From: Eledone cirrhosa
Taxonomy: Eukaryota
Direction of reading: 5' to 3'
NCBI GenBank assembly: GCA_964016885.1
Contig: OZ024740.1
Coordinates: 327,980,001-328,044,000, forward strand
Length of the DNA stretch: 64,000 bases
The notes under the pieces are model-generated. The model made no database searches, was not told the DNA's origin, and was given only the letters and a program-made list of their open reading frames with translations. Position numbers and translations under genes: made by a program. Positions 44,516 to 59,100 of the stretch are shown here, piece after piece (within the stretch, counting starts at the first letter, position 1; each line of letters begins with the position of its first letter).

Positions 44516-44671
44516 ATATATATCATATTTACAACATGTATAGTACACACACAAATTATATATATGTATATATGTGTATATATATATATGCATGTGTGTA
44601 TAAAAAGTACGACAACGCATAATTTAACTGAAAATAGTTGAAAATAAATCGTAAAATTGTGGACAGAATCG

Positions 44672-44724
<53 letters not shown>

Positions 44725-45483
44725 ATGTGTGTTTGCGTATGAGTGTGTGTATGCACCATGTATTGAACATATACAATTAGTTTAATCGTCTTATTCATTT
44801 TTTTTTTTCATGTAAAATATTGAAGTTAGAAAGAAAGAACTACATATACTGCATAGAAACGACTATATTAACTCAACTACTTCTTTATAGAACATGCTTA
44901 TGCAGACTATATATACATATGTTTTGGAGGGAGAATTTAATTCGAATTCTTAAGTTAAAGTTTTAAAATTTCTTCTCGGAAAAAAAACGAAGGTGGGAGA
45001 AATTTGTTTATAGAATCTTAAATTAATTTTCAAATTGAAATTCTGTTAAAAAAAAACAAAAAAATCTACAACCGAAATTTGAATTTGAACCGATAAAATA
45101 ATCGCTTCTTATTGAATTTAATTTCGGTTTATGATATTTAAGTTTTATCTATTTGTAATACAAAATTAGAAAAAAAAAATCGAATGTAATTTCCCGTCCT
45201 AAAAATCAGACGGACAGACAGACAAAACAAGCAGATAGAGAAATATATACATGCATTTGCAAAATATGTACGTATATACGCATACATATATACACACAGA
45301 GACTAAGACATACTAACATAACATTAAACAGACAATTTTCAATAAGACATGGATATACACAGAATTAGATACAATATTGAAGTAAATATATATATATATA
45401 TATATATTAATATAATTATTAATATAGATCTAAACATTCATCTATTTGAACAACAACAATACAATATATATATATATATATAT

Positions 45484-45530
<47 letters not shown>

Positions 45531-45559
45531 TATATATATATACACACACATATATATAT

Positions 45560-45596
<37 letters not shown>

Positions 45597-45931
45597 GGAG
45601 GCATATGGCTTAGTGGTTAGAGCATTGGCCTTGCAATCGAAAGATTGTGAGTTCAATTCTCAGCCCGGGTGATGTGTTGTTCCTTGAGCAAGACACTTTA
45701 TTTCACGTTGCTCCAGTTTACTCAGCTGTAGAAATGAGATGATAGGGACTGGGGTCCATATCATTCCACTGCAAAGTGGTCGTGGAGGTGCCATGGCAAA
45801 AAAGTACCCAGCACTCACTGTAAATGATGTTGATGTTAGGAAGGGCATCCTGCTGTAGAAATCAAGCCAGAATCAGTTCCCGTCCCACCCTTGCAAGCAG
45901 GGAAAAGCGGACGTAAAATGATGATGATGAT
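45597..45931 (+). mobile_element. SINE family B, full length with (GAT)n tail
   Basis: tRNA-like head, ccttgagcaagacacttt core, 3' gcggacgtaaaatgatgatgatga. Confidence 0.8.
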
Positions 45932-46278
45932 ATATATATATAGGCATGTTTGTATATATAACAAATGTATGAATATAAATATTCATATGCACAAGTTAAA
46001 ATAATTGACAGGGTAATAATTATTATCATCTTACCTTTAATAACAAGTTTTTCCAATAGGGTAAGTCTATCTCGTAGTAGACTCACTTCACTGTATGTGT
46101 TCTTCATATCCAGCATTTCTCCTTGCAAGTGACTGACTTGGTCTTGTAGAAACTAAAAACAAAAACACACATACAGATATATATATATATAAAGTATATA
46201 TTGGGTTTAAAACTCACAATAGTCCCTTACAATTAAAATAGCTCAAGGAAAACATTTTTTGAGCCTCATAATACAGAA

Positions 46279-46339
<61 letters not shown>

Positions 46340-46689
46340 AAGACCGTTATTGCCCCAACCAGTCTATTCAAAATCGATGACTACCCTAAATATTACTCTG
46401 TTACGTGTTCTAGCCGAAAGGCTGAAGCCTCGCTGGGGCACCGCATATATACACCATATATACTACACAAATGTACACCATATATATATAGAACAAACAC
46501 AAGCAATCATCGTATGCCCTATACGTAATAATACACACGGAAAACAAAGCCAACAATAAACAAAGCATCTAGTGGACATGACCGTAGAATTACATTCATA
46601 AAAGCCAATCCAATCATGAACTAAATGTCTATATTAGAGCTAAGATATATCCCTAAATATCGGTCGCTCTCCGACAGGTTTGCGGTCGT

Positions 46690-46875
46690 GCCCCCAGCAG
46701 TGGTGACTTCTGGTGTCCTTGGTCCTAGGGCTACCTCCCTACTTACCATCATAGGCGCTGAGTTGGCTAGCCGCAGGTGTTAACCTCGCGAGATGAAATG
46801 GCTCTTCTAGCGCATCTCCCTTATCATCCTCCGGGGAAACGCCTTCTCCATTCTGTCCGACGGGGCCGTGGGGCG
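46690..46875 (+). pseudogene. CRE-like LINE C-terminal remnant
   Basis: Translates to AVVTSGVLGPRATSLL...EMKWLF*RISLIILRGNAFSILS. Confidence 0.65.
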
Positions 46876-47384
46876 TCCAGCACGTGGGACCCCATTCGCT
46901 CATAATACAGAGAGATGGGGAAGGTGAGAGGGATGGAGGCGATGACAGTGAGAATTCGGCTTTTCCGTGTTCGGAGACATTTATCAATTCTATGTTGCTG
47001 TTGATACTTAAATAAAATGCAGTGTAATTGAAAAAAAAAAAAAAAAATTTTTAAATGCATAAATATTACCCCTACCTCAGACATCATCCATATATCCCAA
47101 TCCCTAACCTGCTCTAAATATGAGTATATATATATAGTATAGTTAAAATTTCAAACACTTAACATGTATGCGGGACCTTAGGCTTCGGGGTCCATTTATA
47201 GCCACCACGGCATAGTAGAGAAGCTGTTTTAATACTCACCTCTCACCGAGCGCTAGACAAAGGTAAGTTTTTTTCTTGTAATTTTGTCCTAGCACCCGTT
47301 GCATATTGTTTCCCTTAATTTTTATCTACGGATATCCTGCATACATACAACCATTCAGATACACACACACACACGTGCGCACAT

Positions 47385-47500
<116 letters not shown>

Positions 47501-47549
47501 AGCACACACAAACATACACATGCACATATATATATAGGTTGAATGTAAG

Positions 47550-48160
47550 TACATATGTACCCGGTACGTTGGGACATTCTTTTTCATTTTCCGTTAACTG
47601 TAAAACTAATAAGACTGTGTAACTGTTCTCTGTGTTTGTCTTATTCAATCTTGAACCATATTTTCAACGCTTACGTGGAACTCTTCCTCATTCGAAACTG
47701 GGAATTTACCTTGTACTTTAGTACTCTAACCGTCCACACTTCGGATCTCCTATGGATTATCTACGAATTATTGGATTTTTAAAACTCCTTGCACTGAACT
47801 GATATTCTGCTATCTTCCCTCCTCTTTGTTCTCCTTCTTGTTTTCATTTCCTTGCCTCTTCTTCCTCACCCAAACCAAACATTCTCCTCCGTCATCTCCA
47901 CTTCCGCTTAAATCTTTTCCACCTTTCCACCTCATCTCGCACGCCGGATTACTCACACCACCACTTGCCAGCCAACTTCACCCATTCTGATACATTTTTC
48001 TTTGAACCTTCCAATCTCCCATTTCTTTTACTTTGCTCTTTCCCAACGAAAGACTAGTATCCGATACGTCGAGACATTCTTGTTTCCTTTTCCAACTAGC
48101 GTGAAATTAATAAGACTTTGTGTAATTGTTCTCCGTGTTAGTCGATTTTAATCTTGAACA
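47550..48160 (+). mobile_element. Old PLE-like remnant with diverged direct repeats
   Basis: 47553-47660 resembles 48058-48160; degenerate HHR-like tcc-GATA-cg-TC-gaga at about 48060. Confidence 0.35.
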
Positions 48161-50329
48161 GAAATATCAAAAGCTTGCTTCAATGCGGACATGCCACACT
48201 TAGCTATTTCAATAGCAAAAGGAATACACAGACACTGTTCATATCAAGAAGGCACCGTCGCATCTCAAATAATAACACACATCATTAACATATCTTGTAC
48301 CGCATCAAAGACCGCACACAGAGATATTCTAGACGCATCCATCCAGAGAAAAGCCATGTAAACGTTTACTTACGGCACACTTTAGAAGTAAAAATATTAT
48401 GCTGTTCTTTGAGTTAAATTTAGAAATATATTCAAAAGAGATATTTAAACATATTAGAATAGCATGTTTAAAGATATGAAAAAAATTGAATATCCTTCTT
48501 TAGTTACTAATTGGAACACACATGGTGTGTGTGTGTGTGGGGGGGATTTTATTACGAATTTCAATTTATGTTTTTCACATTGTGAAATAGAATATTAATT
48601 TTTTGCGGCCTACATAATTACATCTCCCGGCACACCAATGCACCGAGGCGTACAATTTGAGCCCCCCTGCACAAGATTAAATTGCATAAACTCATTGACA
48701 GAGACACTCTAGGTTTTAGCCTCCAAATGTGTTGTTTCCTTTCTCTCTCTTCCTTTTCTACCGAAACTACAATAGCCTCTGCACCCCGTATCTGACAAGT
48801 CTCGTGCTGCATGTCTTTACCTACAGGCGTCGACTTGCAGTAGTTTAACCGAAACATCAACGGCATCAATGTCATTAGTCACGGAGGGGATGGGGGGGGG
48901 GGGGGGGGGGGGGCTGCAAAGGCCGGAAGCACCGTTCCTTCCCCTAAAAAATACAAAAAAAAAGGATCTAAATCTCCCTCAAATTACACCTTACCATCTT
49001 ATCAAGGTTAACTTGGTGTACACAATGACAAGCTGTCACTATATATTATATGCAGCTTAATGAGACTTCGATTATTCCACCAACTTTTGCGACATGTTAA
49101 GACGGAAGTAAACTTGAACCACAAAGGGGTTGGTGCTAGCAGGCATTTTCTTTTTATTTAAAGACAAAATGGCCGAATCATTAAATCTTTCGACATTTCA
49201 GTCATTACCGTCCCCCCTCCTCTTTATATACACTCATTTCACTAACAATCATTCACGTTAGCAGTCAGGTTAAATGGGAGGATTTCAAACAAACGAAACA
49301 ACAAATAAATTATAAAATAACAATAAAATACAATAACAATGACAACTGCAATAAATATATTCAGTTGTTGTCGTAATTTGTAGTCATTCAAATAGACTTG
49401 GTGAACAGCCGTGTGAGTTTTTTGTTTTTAAAACAGAATGTTGGAGAGAGGTGGTTGTATCTTAAACAGGAAGTGAATAAAAAGGGTTTGCGAGTTAAAT
49501 GGTGACAGAGACGTGCTGTTTTATACTTTTGGTCATATTCGTCTAGCTTGTAGAATGTCTTTCTTCAGATTCACATCAGTGAGCTTTAGGCGCCATTACA
49601 GACTTACCGACACCTCTCCAGTCTTACAACAACATGTGACTCATGCGTTTAGATATTCCTTTCATTGTTTGTGCCATCGCCACCTGTCTGTCAGAAACAA
49701 CATCAGAACAAAAGGGGGTCAACGAGGGGGTTAATTGTAGTAGCCCATTGTCTTTTAATAACCCAAACAGTAGTAAGATCATGATTACTGAGATTTTTAG
49801 GACTCTAAATTCTGGCGTCTAAACCAATATCTAATTAAACGTCTCATATTTTATAGGAACATAAAATATATTTTATTAATGAACCGAATGTTCTATAACA
49901 ACCTAGAAATAAAATTCATAAAACTAGGTAAGGGAAAGTTATTTAATACCTTTGTATTTTAAAGGTTCTTTTGGCTCACATAGTTTTCACTAGTAATGTT
50001 TTATCATTTAAGAACTATTATCGTAATTGATCGTGCTAAAAAGACAAGTCTCTAAGTGCTCACTTGGCCAGCTAGAAATAGCAACGAAATCTCCCTCAAA
50101 TCACAGACTGTCGTCTTAAAGAAGACATGTCACATTGGCTAATATAACCTTATAATATGCCTTAGATACAGAAGGATACTTTAGAAAATGTAGTCTCTGA
50201 TATGTAAAACGACGATCAAGGCAGGTATCGAGTTAAATATAAACAAACTGGTAAGCGAGATTGAGGCTTTCTGTACCACAAAAATAAAGTTATATTCACT
50301 CAAAAGAACGTCAACCATCTCTATTATAA

Positions 50330-50930
50330 CAGGGCTCTAGTTAAAAATGGCTCTTGTGAGAAGCTAGTTAACTTGGAGAACTCCCTCTACCCACCCCTGA
50401 TCTAAAGAGATTTAGGAAGCGGAAAATGAACATGGAGTAACCCACTTCATAATTCAAAAGCTACCAGCTGGAATTTTTGTATCTCTCGTTAAATGTTACT
50501 TTACAATTTACACATAAATATCACAAGCCTTTCAATGCACAGGTTTATACTACCTATACTCAACGACCCATATATACAAATTCACGTGATTGAGCATCTT
50601 TTTCACTGAAGCTATTGTATACAGAGCTACACTCACTCTTCCAGATAGTATTTCAGTACACGAGGCTCAACGCAAACGATTTCAAAACACCTTACAGAAC
50701 GAACTCAACTTCCATGCAACATTCTATATAATCTTGCAAAGACCAAGAACACGACTGTCTTAATATAAACGAGAAAATGATTGGCAACTCTCTTGCCTAC
50801 TATATATCTGAAAAGATGCACACCCTAAAAGAGTCTGTGATATGAGACAATAAGAAATCTGAAATCATTTCAATCCTCCTATGCCGAAATTCATATCAAG
50901 CCACACACAATAGAATTTGGGTGTCACCAC
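50330..50930 (+). pseudogene. Degraded Penelope-like GIY-YIG region
   Basis: Remnants RKRK..WSNP, HKYHKPFN, EAIVYRAT and NDFKTPYR resemble the same PLE region as 29940-31000. Confidence 0.55.
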
Positions 50931-51001
50931 ATTTTTTAACATTCCAGCACATCGCAGCTATCAAATGCTAACACACAGCTTAGCATATCCAATGGAAGCC
51001 T

Positions 51002-51084
51002 AGATTACCAGCGAATGGTAAACGATTTAATTATGGTTCATAGATGATAGGAAATTTAAATCGTTTACCATTCGCTGGTAATCT
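51002..51084. repeat. Inverted repeat, 29-bp arms
   Basis: agattaccagcgaatggtaaacgatttaa / ttaaatcgtttaccattcgctggtaatct. Confidence 0.85.
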
Positions 51085-51097
51085 GAGTTTAGAAAGA

Positions 51098-51348
51098 AGA
51101 GTACTCACCACTATTTTTGTTGTTTGACAATGACACACATGGACATTCTTCGAAGTTTCCCATGGTATACAGGCACGCGTCTATTCTTCAAACTTCCGTA
51201 GGATGCCGATTATAATCGATTATAATGGGCATCCTACGGAAGTTTGAAGAATAGACGCGTGCCTGTAGACCATGGGAAACTTCGAAGAATGTCCATGTGG
51301 GTCATTGTCAAACAACAAAAATACTGTAAATAAAGTGGTGAGTACTCT
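51098..51348. repeat. Spacer-less palindrome, about 120-bp arms
   Basis: Centre tcga at 51216-51219; few mismatches. Confidence 0.9.
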
Positions 51349-51438
<90 letters not shown>

Positions 51439-51535
51439 AACATAAATTATCGAGATTCGCATTTCGGCCCACGAAATAACGAAAAACAACCTCCGAGATG
51501 TGAGGCAAGTGCTCAATGGTTCAGATGAACCAGAG

Positions 51536-51576
<41 letters not shown>

Positions 51577-51703
51577 GTGGAACACTGGAGAGTTATATCC
51601 GTAATAGTAGACCACTCAGTCCATGGGACGAGTTTGGTAGAAAGGTAGAAATAGTTCCACAACAGTTAGTTCAACATACCGAGAACAAATGTTTCACCTT
51701 ATG

Positions 51704-51752
51704 CATACCGAGCTGAAGGTCCGCATAAGGTGAAACATTTGTTCTCGGTATG
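51704..51752 (+). ncRNA. Type I hammerhead-like motif (A9>G) inside fold-back 51641-51781
   Basis: cataccgag-CTGAAGG-t cc gcataa gg t-GAAA-catttg-TT-ctcggtatg; 9-bp helix I. Confidence 0.6.
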
Positions 51753-51777
51753 GTGAACTAACTGTTGTAGAACTACT

Positions 51778-51780
<3 letters not shown>

Positions 51781-51847
<67 letters not shown>
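51781..51847. repeat. (CTAT)n microsatellite, 5' flank of the LINE pair
   Basis: Direct inspection. Confidence 0.95.
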
Positions 51848-51849
51848 AG

Positions 51850-54036
51850 ATACTGCATCTGGCAACAGAACGGGAGAATTCCCAGTTCTGTAACCGGGGG
51901 CGTGGTCACACTAATCAGGAAGGACGAGAATAAGGGGGATGACATAGGCAAGTTCCAGCCCATAACTCTGCTAAACACAGAGTTACAGATTTTGGCCAAG
52001 GTGTTGGCAAAGAGGCTGGCGCTTGTCGTCGAGAACCTGGTGGGAGAAGCGCAGACATGCGCAATCCCGACCAGGTCCATACACGACAACCTCCACCTCA
52101 TGCGATACATCATAGAGAGGGTAGGGTGTAAACCCGGCTTCGGTGGGGCCCTGATCAACTTGGATCAGTCTAAGGCTTTCGATAGGATTGACCATCGTTA
52201 CCTGGATGCGGTGCTCGAGGCGGCAGGCTTCGGACCCGTGTTCAGGGGCTGGATTGCTGCAATGCACAACAGCAACATCTGCTCAAGGGTCAAGGTGAAC
52301 GGCTACCTCTCGGAGCCGTTCCATATTACGCGATCCATTCGACAGGGATGCCCTCTCTCCTCCCTTCTGTACGTACTGACTCTCGAGCCACTACTGCGGA
52401 AGTTGGAGCTATTTCAGGGCATCCCTCTGGAACCGGGACTGCGGAAAGCGGCGTCGGCCTACGCCGACGACGTGACAGTAATGGTGTCGAGCGCCTCGCA
52501 AGTCGAGGAAGTCGGCACCTTACTGAAGGAATACGAAAGTTTCACAGGAGCGAAGCTGAACGGGGACAAGTCCATCGGTTTGCAACTCGGATCGTGGAGA
52601 GGCAAACCGATTCCTTCCGATGGCGTCGTCGGACGCTGGACGGAAGGACCGGTAAAGCTGCTCGGGGTCTGGTTTGGTCCGGACCTCCAGGTGGAGAAGA
52701 ACTGGAACGAAGTGACGGCCAAGGTGTTTGCACTCACCCAGAAGTGGGCCGAGTGCAAACTATCCTTGAAAGGTCGAGCGGAGGTGGCGAACACTTTTAT
52801 AGCATCCGCCATCTACTACCGCTTGACCGCCGTGCCTTGTCCAGCCAAAACGCTCGCCAAAATGGAGCGCGCGCTCTTCCAATTCCTTTGGAAGGGGCGG
52901 GCTCCTTTGGTGAGAAGATCCATCTGCTGCCAACACCCTTCTAACGGAGGGCTGGGGATGCTGTGGTTGACGATGCGCAAACACGCGCTCAGGCTGCGGC
53001 ATCTCTACGTATTCCTCACCGGACAACCGGTGTGGGCCCCGTTCGTGAGGCGAGCCTTCCCACGACTCATCTCGCTGACCGAGCTGCAGTCCTGGGTCAA
53101 GCAAAGACCGAGGAAAATGGGCGACTGGCACATCGAATGTGCTCAGGCGCTCACAGCCCTCTCGCAGGCGGACCCGGCAATCAGTGGTGACTCCACTTCG
53201 TCATTCTATAGAGGGTTGATCTGCAGCAATTGCGACGACGCGCTCGGTGAAACTCTAGGCGTAGAGGAAGATGAACTGGCCAGTCTGTTCGGTAGGACCT
53301 TCCGCCCGGGACCGATGGACAACTTCCAAAACTCCCTGGCCTGGCAGTGCTACCGAGGAGCTCTACCAGTTCGAGACAAGCTCTACAGACATGGGCGCCC
53401 GGGCAGGGACCCTGCAAAAAAGATCTGTCCGAGGTGCGTGCGAGACGAAGAAACCGTCGCGCACGCATTCATACACTGCCCGAGCGTCACTGACCTGAGG
53501 GGCTATGTAGAACGACTATTGTCGTGGGTGGGACCAATCCGGTTGACGACCTAGTCCATTGTCATGATCAAACCGCCACCCTCCTTCAAAAACGAAGGAG
53601 AGGCGGTTTTCCTTTGTGTGATAGCTATGGCGAAAGAGGTTGTATGGTGGACAAGGTTGAAAGGCCAACAACTGATTCTTTTTTTCAAATACCACTTTGG
53701 AAGAAGAATCAGGATGGAGAGAGAGGTGCTGTACCCCAGCAAGTTTTATGAAAGGTGGGTAAAAGTGGCGAGAATGGCCCGAGTGAATGGGCCTTCTCTC
53801 TATATCAGCCTGTAGGTTGAGGAAAAGGAGGAGGAGAGGAAAGGAGTACAAACTCTTCGTACTCCTGGAGATGAGGGCTGCACATTTTTTCGGGGGTATG
53901 TGTTACCCATATAAACTGTCTCCCTCTATTGGGGAAAATCGACTAACTTTTTAAATTGCATTTGTGATAACATTTTACACGTTTTTATTGTATGTAAACT
54001 TCCCCCTTTGTATTTGTCCCCATCTAATAAAGAAAC
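51850..54036 (+). mobile_element. 5'-truncated Tx1/L1-group LINE
   Basis: RT ORF 51902-53554, 3' UTR and aataaa, flanked by (CTAT)n. Confidence 0.9.
51902..53815 (+). pseudogene. LINE ORF2 fragment: reverse transcriptase and C-terminal zinc finger
   Basis: PITLLN, LDQSKAFDR, RQGCPLS, AYADD, CPRC..ETVAHAFIHC; stop at 53552-53554. Confidence 0.9.
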
Positions 54037-54284
54037 ATATCTATCTATCTATCTATCTCTCTATCTATCTATTTACTGGGATGGACACTAGCGTGAAACT
54101 TGCTGAGTAAGTTCTGCTTAAATTTCTTTAGAAATTCTTGACTGTAAACTTTCATTTTTGCACCATTTTGTAGAGGGACTTCCAGGTCAAACTTTGATCT
54201 GGTCAGTCTCTCAAAATATTCTACGCCTTTACGCGAAATAGTTAACAGAGAGTTTTTTTTTTGAAAAGCTAACATTTTTTTAAA

Positions 54285-54470
54285 ATGGCAGAAGCTTCTT
54301 CACCAAAATTCGAAGGAGGAAAGGGGAAGATATGCTTACAGCTTCCCTCTGCCACTGTCATAGCAGCAGATGTCAAAGACAAAGGTCAGCCAGAGGAAGG
54401 ATTTTCTCCACCTGCTGACCGACAACTTGACGTTGCCATGGCAACAAACCAAACAACCAGCAGCACCAGC

Positions 54471-54521
<51 letters not shown>

Positions 54522-55943
54522 ACGAACGAAAACAACACCAACAACAATAACAATAACAATAACAACAAGACCAATAACTGTGATAACAACAACAATGATA
54601 ACAACAACACCACCAACTACAACAGCAACACAAATAAGGAAAAGGTCGCCTTCGCCCAGACGGCAAGGAAAACCCTCGACTATCTGCCAGTAGATATAAC
54701 CAAAGCGAAGGAGCTACTGACAGATGCCAAAAAATACATAATGTACGGGGAAAATGGATCATTTACGATCCCCCCCCCCCGGAACTAAAAAGCCAGAGAC
54801 TCCTAAACACTGTCATGTTTAGGACAGTCTCAAACAAAAGCAAAAAACCAGCTCAATCATCACAGAGTGAGATAGAGCTGGTTTTAAAAGATGTCATGAA
54901 AGACATCATATTCATTCAGAATGATAGACTCTACGGGAGTCTATCCATTCTCATGAAGGACAGGGACACAGCAGTGAAACTGTCCATAAAACCAATTACA
55001 TCTACCCCATACACCTTCTACCTTACGTACATGGGTAGAAGGACATAACAAATAAAAATTCACACCATCCTGCCGATTATGGACATATGGTGGGTTTTGA
55101 CAGGTTTCCTGAACCTAGACGATGACACACTAATATCCATGGGAAAGGCATCGGGTGACGCGTTCAGTGGAACGAGCCTCGAACTTGTAGTTCAAATGAG
55201 GCCCGAAATAATCGCCCAGATCCCTGAACGCGTCATACTGGATGATCAAACTTTTATCAACATTACCGTTGAGGGTAGGCGGCCCTCGTGTTACCTCTGT
55301 TGAGCCAGAGGTCACCTGAGGGCTGTCTGTCCTCAACTTAATAAGAAAACCCCAATCCTGCCTACACCACCAACAACTGCACAACCAACACAATCACCAC
55401 AACCACCACTACAAAAACAACAACCACAACTCAAACCAAAACAAAACAATGACCCCCCCCCGCCACTAAAAAAAACAATTTCCAAAACATCCGCACCGCA
55501 AACACAACCCCAAAATCTACCCCCCCTCCAACGCGGAAGATGACCCTCGTTCGTCGTCAGACGAGGAGGAGCACTTCCACACAATCAAAAGAAAAAAAAG
55601 AAAACACACCTCAGACACACAAATGAAAACAACCCCTCCCCAAAACATAACACTGACACCAACACAAAAGAGCACACAACAACAGCAAACAAAAAACACC
55701 ACACAAAAACAAAAACATGCTTACACATACATAAACACAAGAAATAAAAAACTGCTAAACATTGTGTACAACAACAATTTAGTAAAAACCCAAGGGCTTA
55801 ACTTCACCCAGGCAGGGGATTTCCCCCACCTCAAAATGATTAAGGCCCCAGAGGACACATATAAAACACTAAAAAACAACTTTAAAGAGGACGTGCCCCC
55901 CCCCCCCCCCCCTGCGTCGGGCCCACTAACCGCGTCTTCCTAA
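54285..55943 (+). pseudogene. LINE ORF1 (gag-like; poly-Asn tract, zinc knuckle), disrupted
   Basis: Fragments 54285-54788, 54815-55048, 55079-55303; VEGRRPSCYLC*ARGHLRAVCP is CX2CX4HX4C. Confidence 0.75.
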
Positions 55944-56131
55944 AAAGCTTCCCCACCCCCTCTCCAAACACTCACACAACTCCAAACACCCCAACCACAC
56001 AACACACTGATGTCCCTACACTTCCACAAACCACCACCCCACCCAACAACCCATCCCCCACCCTCATGGAAATTGTGCAGCCCGATACCCGGGACGCAGA
56101 GAGGTAAGTGCCTTTTCTCTTCACCACCAAC

Positions 56132-59100
56132 ATGGCTATGCTAAGAGTAGGCTGTATAAATGCGCGTGGCCTGGGCTCAACTTGGAAGCAAGCAATGCTT
56201 CTAAATGACCTCAGGTCACAACGTATAGATGTGATGGTTATTTGCGAGGCCCGGATCAGCAATGTGCGACAGCTGGCCCCCACCTTTGATGACTTTGAGA
56301 TGCACGCATCTCTCTGTCAGCCCGGAGGTGGGGGTGGGTTGTCGTTCTGCTGCAAAAACATCTGGGTCTCGCAACACAGACGGTACATTTGGACCCGAAG
56401 GGTCGACTAGTGGTTCTGGACCTTGGCAGTGAGGAAGGCGGAGCGTTTAGGCTGGTAGCCGTCTACGGCACTTTCGGGTCAACGCGACCGGACTTCTTCC
56501 ATCGTCTGGAGACTTTTCTAGGGACGTCCCGCTCCTTGCTATTAGTGGCGAACTGGAATGATATTCTAGATGCGCGTTGGGACTACGTAGGGGCCTGTCC
56601 CGATAAAGAGGGGTGTAACAGCCTCAAAGGGTTAATCGGTCGATTTGACCTGGCCGATAGATATCGACTAGATTTTCCGACTGCGCCACCCTGGACTTGG
56701 GCAAACCGCAGCGGATCATCTAGGTCGTACCTAGATAGGTTCTTAGTTAGAAATAAGAATAAGGACTTTTTAAGTTGTCCAAAAATGCTCATGGTTGGCT
56801 ATTCAGACCACAAGTTAGTGACCTGCATGGTCAACCTTGACAGAACGCATAGCCAGGGACCCGGTTACTGGAAGCTCAACTTGTCCTTACCGGCAAGTAA
56901 GGCTTACAGGGACCGGATTAACACTTTAGTTAAGGGGCAGTTGACGGGCGCCATCGTCAACAGCAGGTGGTGGGGATCTCTCAAAAGAGAGATTAGAGTA
57001 GTCTCTATAGAATTTAGTAAGGAGTTAGCCTCAAATAGAAATAGGAAGGAAAGGGAGTTGGTAGATAGTGTAGAAGAGGCAATTAGAAGCAGCGACGTGG
57101 CCAGAGTGCTAGCGTCGAGAACGGCCCTGGGCCAGTTCTTCGACGCGAAACACGAAGGCTGCATCGTCCGAAGCAAAATACGTGCTCTGGGAAACGAGGG
57201 GACCAAAGCTGTTAGCTGGGCCCGCGTGACTAAGCCAAAAGAGGGAGTAGATCCACTATCCGGTCTTTGCGAGACCAGGATGGACGGGTGATCCTTGAAC
57301 CTAAGCAGATGTGCGAGGCTTTTCAAAAGCACTTTGCCAGATTGTTCGGAAGGGACGGGGAACCGGTTGGGGAAGTGGACTTCGGTCCATACCTCGACGG
57401 CCTGCCGCGTCTCTCGGACAGGGAGGCGAAGTCCTGCGAGGAGCCGATTTCAGCCGCTGAAATAGAGGACGTGCTGAGCCAATGCGGCAAACGCAATTCC
57501 CCGGGTCTCGATGGTCTTCCATGCGAACTATATCTAGCTAAGCCGGACTTGTTCCCCGATCTCCTCGAGGCGGTCTACTGCAACTGGTAACAGAACGGGA
57601 GAATTCCCTGTGCTGTGACCAAGGGTGTAGTCACGCTAGTGAGGAAGGACGAGAACAAGGGGGACAATATAAATAATTTCAGGCCCATAACTCTGCTAAA
57701 TAAAGAGTTACAGATTTTGGCCAAGGTGCTAGCAAATAGGTTGGCGCTTGTCGTGGGCAACCTGGTGGGAGATGCACAGACATGTGCAATCCCGTCCAGG
57801 TCCATCCACGACAACCTCCACCTCATGCGATACATCATAGAGAGGGTTGGGAACGAACCCGGCTTTGGTGGGGCCCTGATCAACTTGGATCAATCTAAGG
57901 CGTTCGATAGGGTCGACCATAGTTACCTGGATGCGGTGCTAGCGGCGGCAGGCTTCGGACCCGTTTTCAGGGGCTGGATCAATGCCATGCACAGCAGCCG
58001 CATCTGCTCTAGGGTAAAGGTGAACGGCTACCTCTCGGAGCCGTTCGAAATCGCGCGGTCCATCCGACAAGGGTGCCCTCTCTCCTCCCTTCTGTATGTA
58101 ATGACTCTAGAGCCACTGCTGCGGAAGTTGGAGTTGTTGCAGAGCATCCCGTTGGAACCGGGATTGCGGAAAGCGGTGTCGGCCTACGCCGATGACGTAA
58201 CAGTAATGGTGTCGACGGCCTCGGAAATCAGGGCGATCGGCACCTTACTGGAGGAGAACGAAAGGTTTACAGGGGCTAAGCTGAACCGGAACAACTCGAT
58301 CGGTCTGCAACTCGGCACGTGGAGGGGCAGATCGATGCCCTCCGATGGCGTCGTTGGGCGCTGGACGGAGAGCCCGGTGAAGTTGCTCGGGGTCTGGTTC
58401 GGACCAGACCTCCAGGTGGAGAAGAACTGGGGTGAGGTAACGAACAAGATGTTTGCACTGACCCAGAAGTGGGCCGAGTGCAAACTGTCCCTGAAAGGTC
58501 GCGCGGAGGTGTCGAACACTTATATAGCGTCTGCCATCTACTACCGCCTGACCGTTGTGCCTTGCCCAAGGGAAACGCTCGCCAAAATGGAGCGCGCACT
58601 CTTCCAATTCCTTTGGAAGAAGCGGGCTCCCATGGTGAGGAGATCTATCTGCTGTCAACACCCTTCCAAAGGAGGGCTGGGGATGCCGTGGCTAATGATA
58701 CGTAAACACGCATTAAGGCTACGGCACCTCCAGGTATTCCTCACCGGTCAACCGGTGTAGGCCCCGTTTGTGAGGAGAGCCTTTCGCAGACTCGTCTCAC
58801 TCACCGAGCTGCAATCCTGGGTCAAGCAAAGACCGAGAAAACTAGGCGCCTGGCACACCGAGTGTGCCCAGGCGCTCACGGCTCTCTGGCAGGCGGACCC
58901 GGCTGTCGGTGGAGAATCCGCCTCGTCATTCTATAGAGGGCTGGTGGTTAGCGGGTGCGACAACGCCCTCGGAGAGGCTTTGGGCATGGAGGAAGACGGA
59001 CTGGCCAACCTGTTCGGTAGGACATTCAGCCCGGAACCCATGGACAACTTCCAGAGGTCCCTGGCCTGGCAGTGCTACCGAGGGGCTCTGCCCGTTCGAG

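Noticed and set aside
51240-51295. TTGAAGA...GAAA-cttcgaag as a hammerhead in the 51098 palindrome
   Set aside because: Lacks U16.1 and helix I/II pairing.
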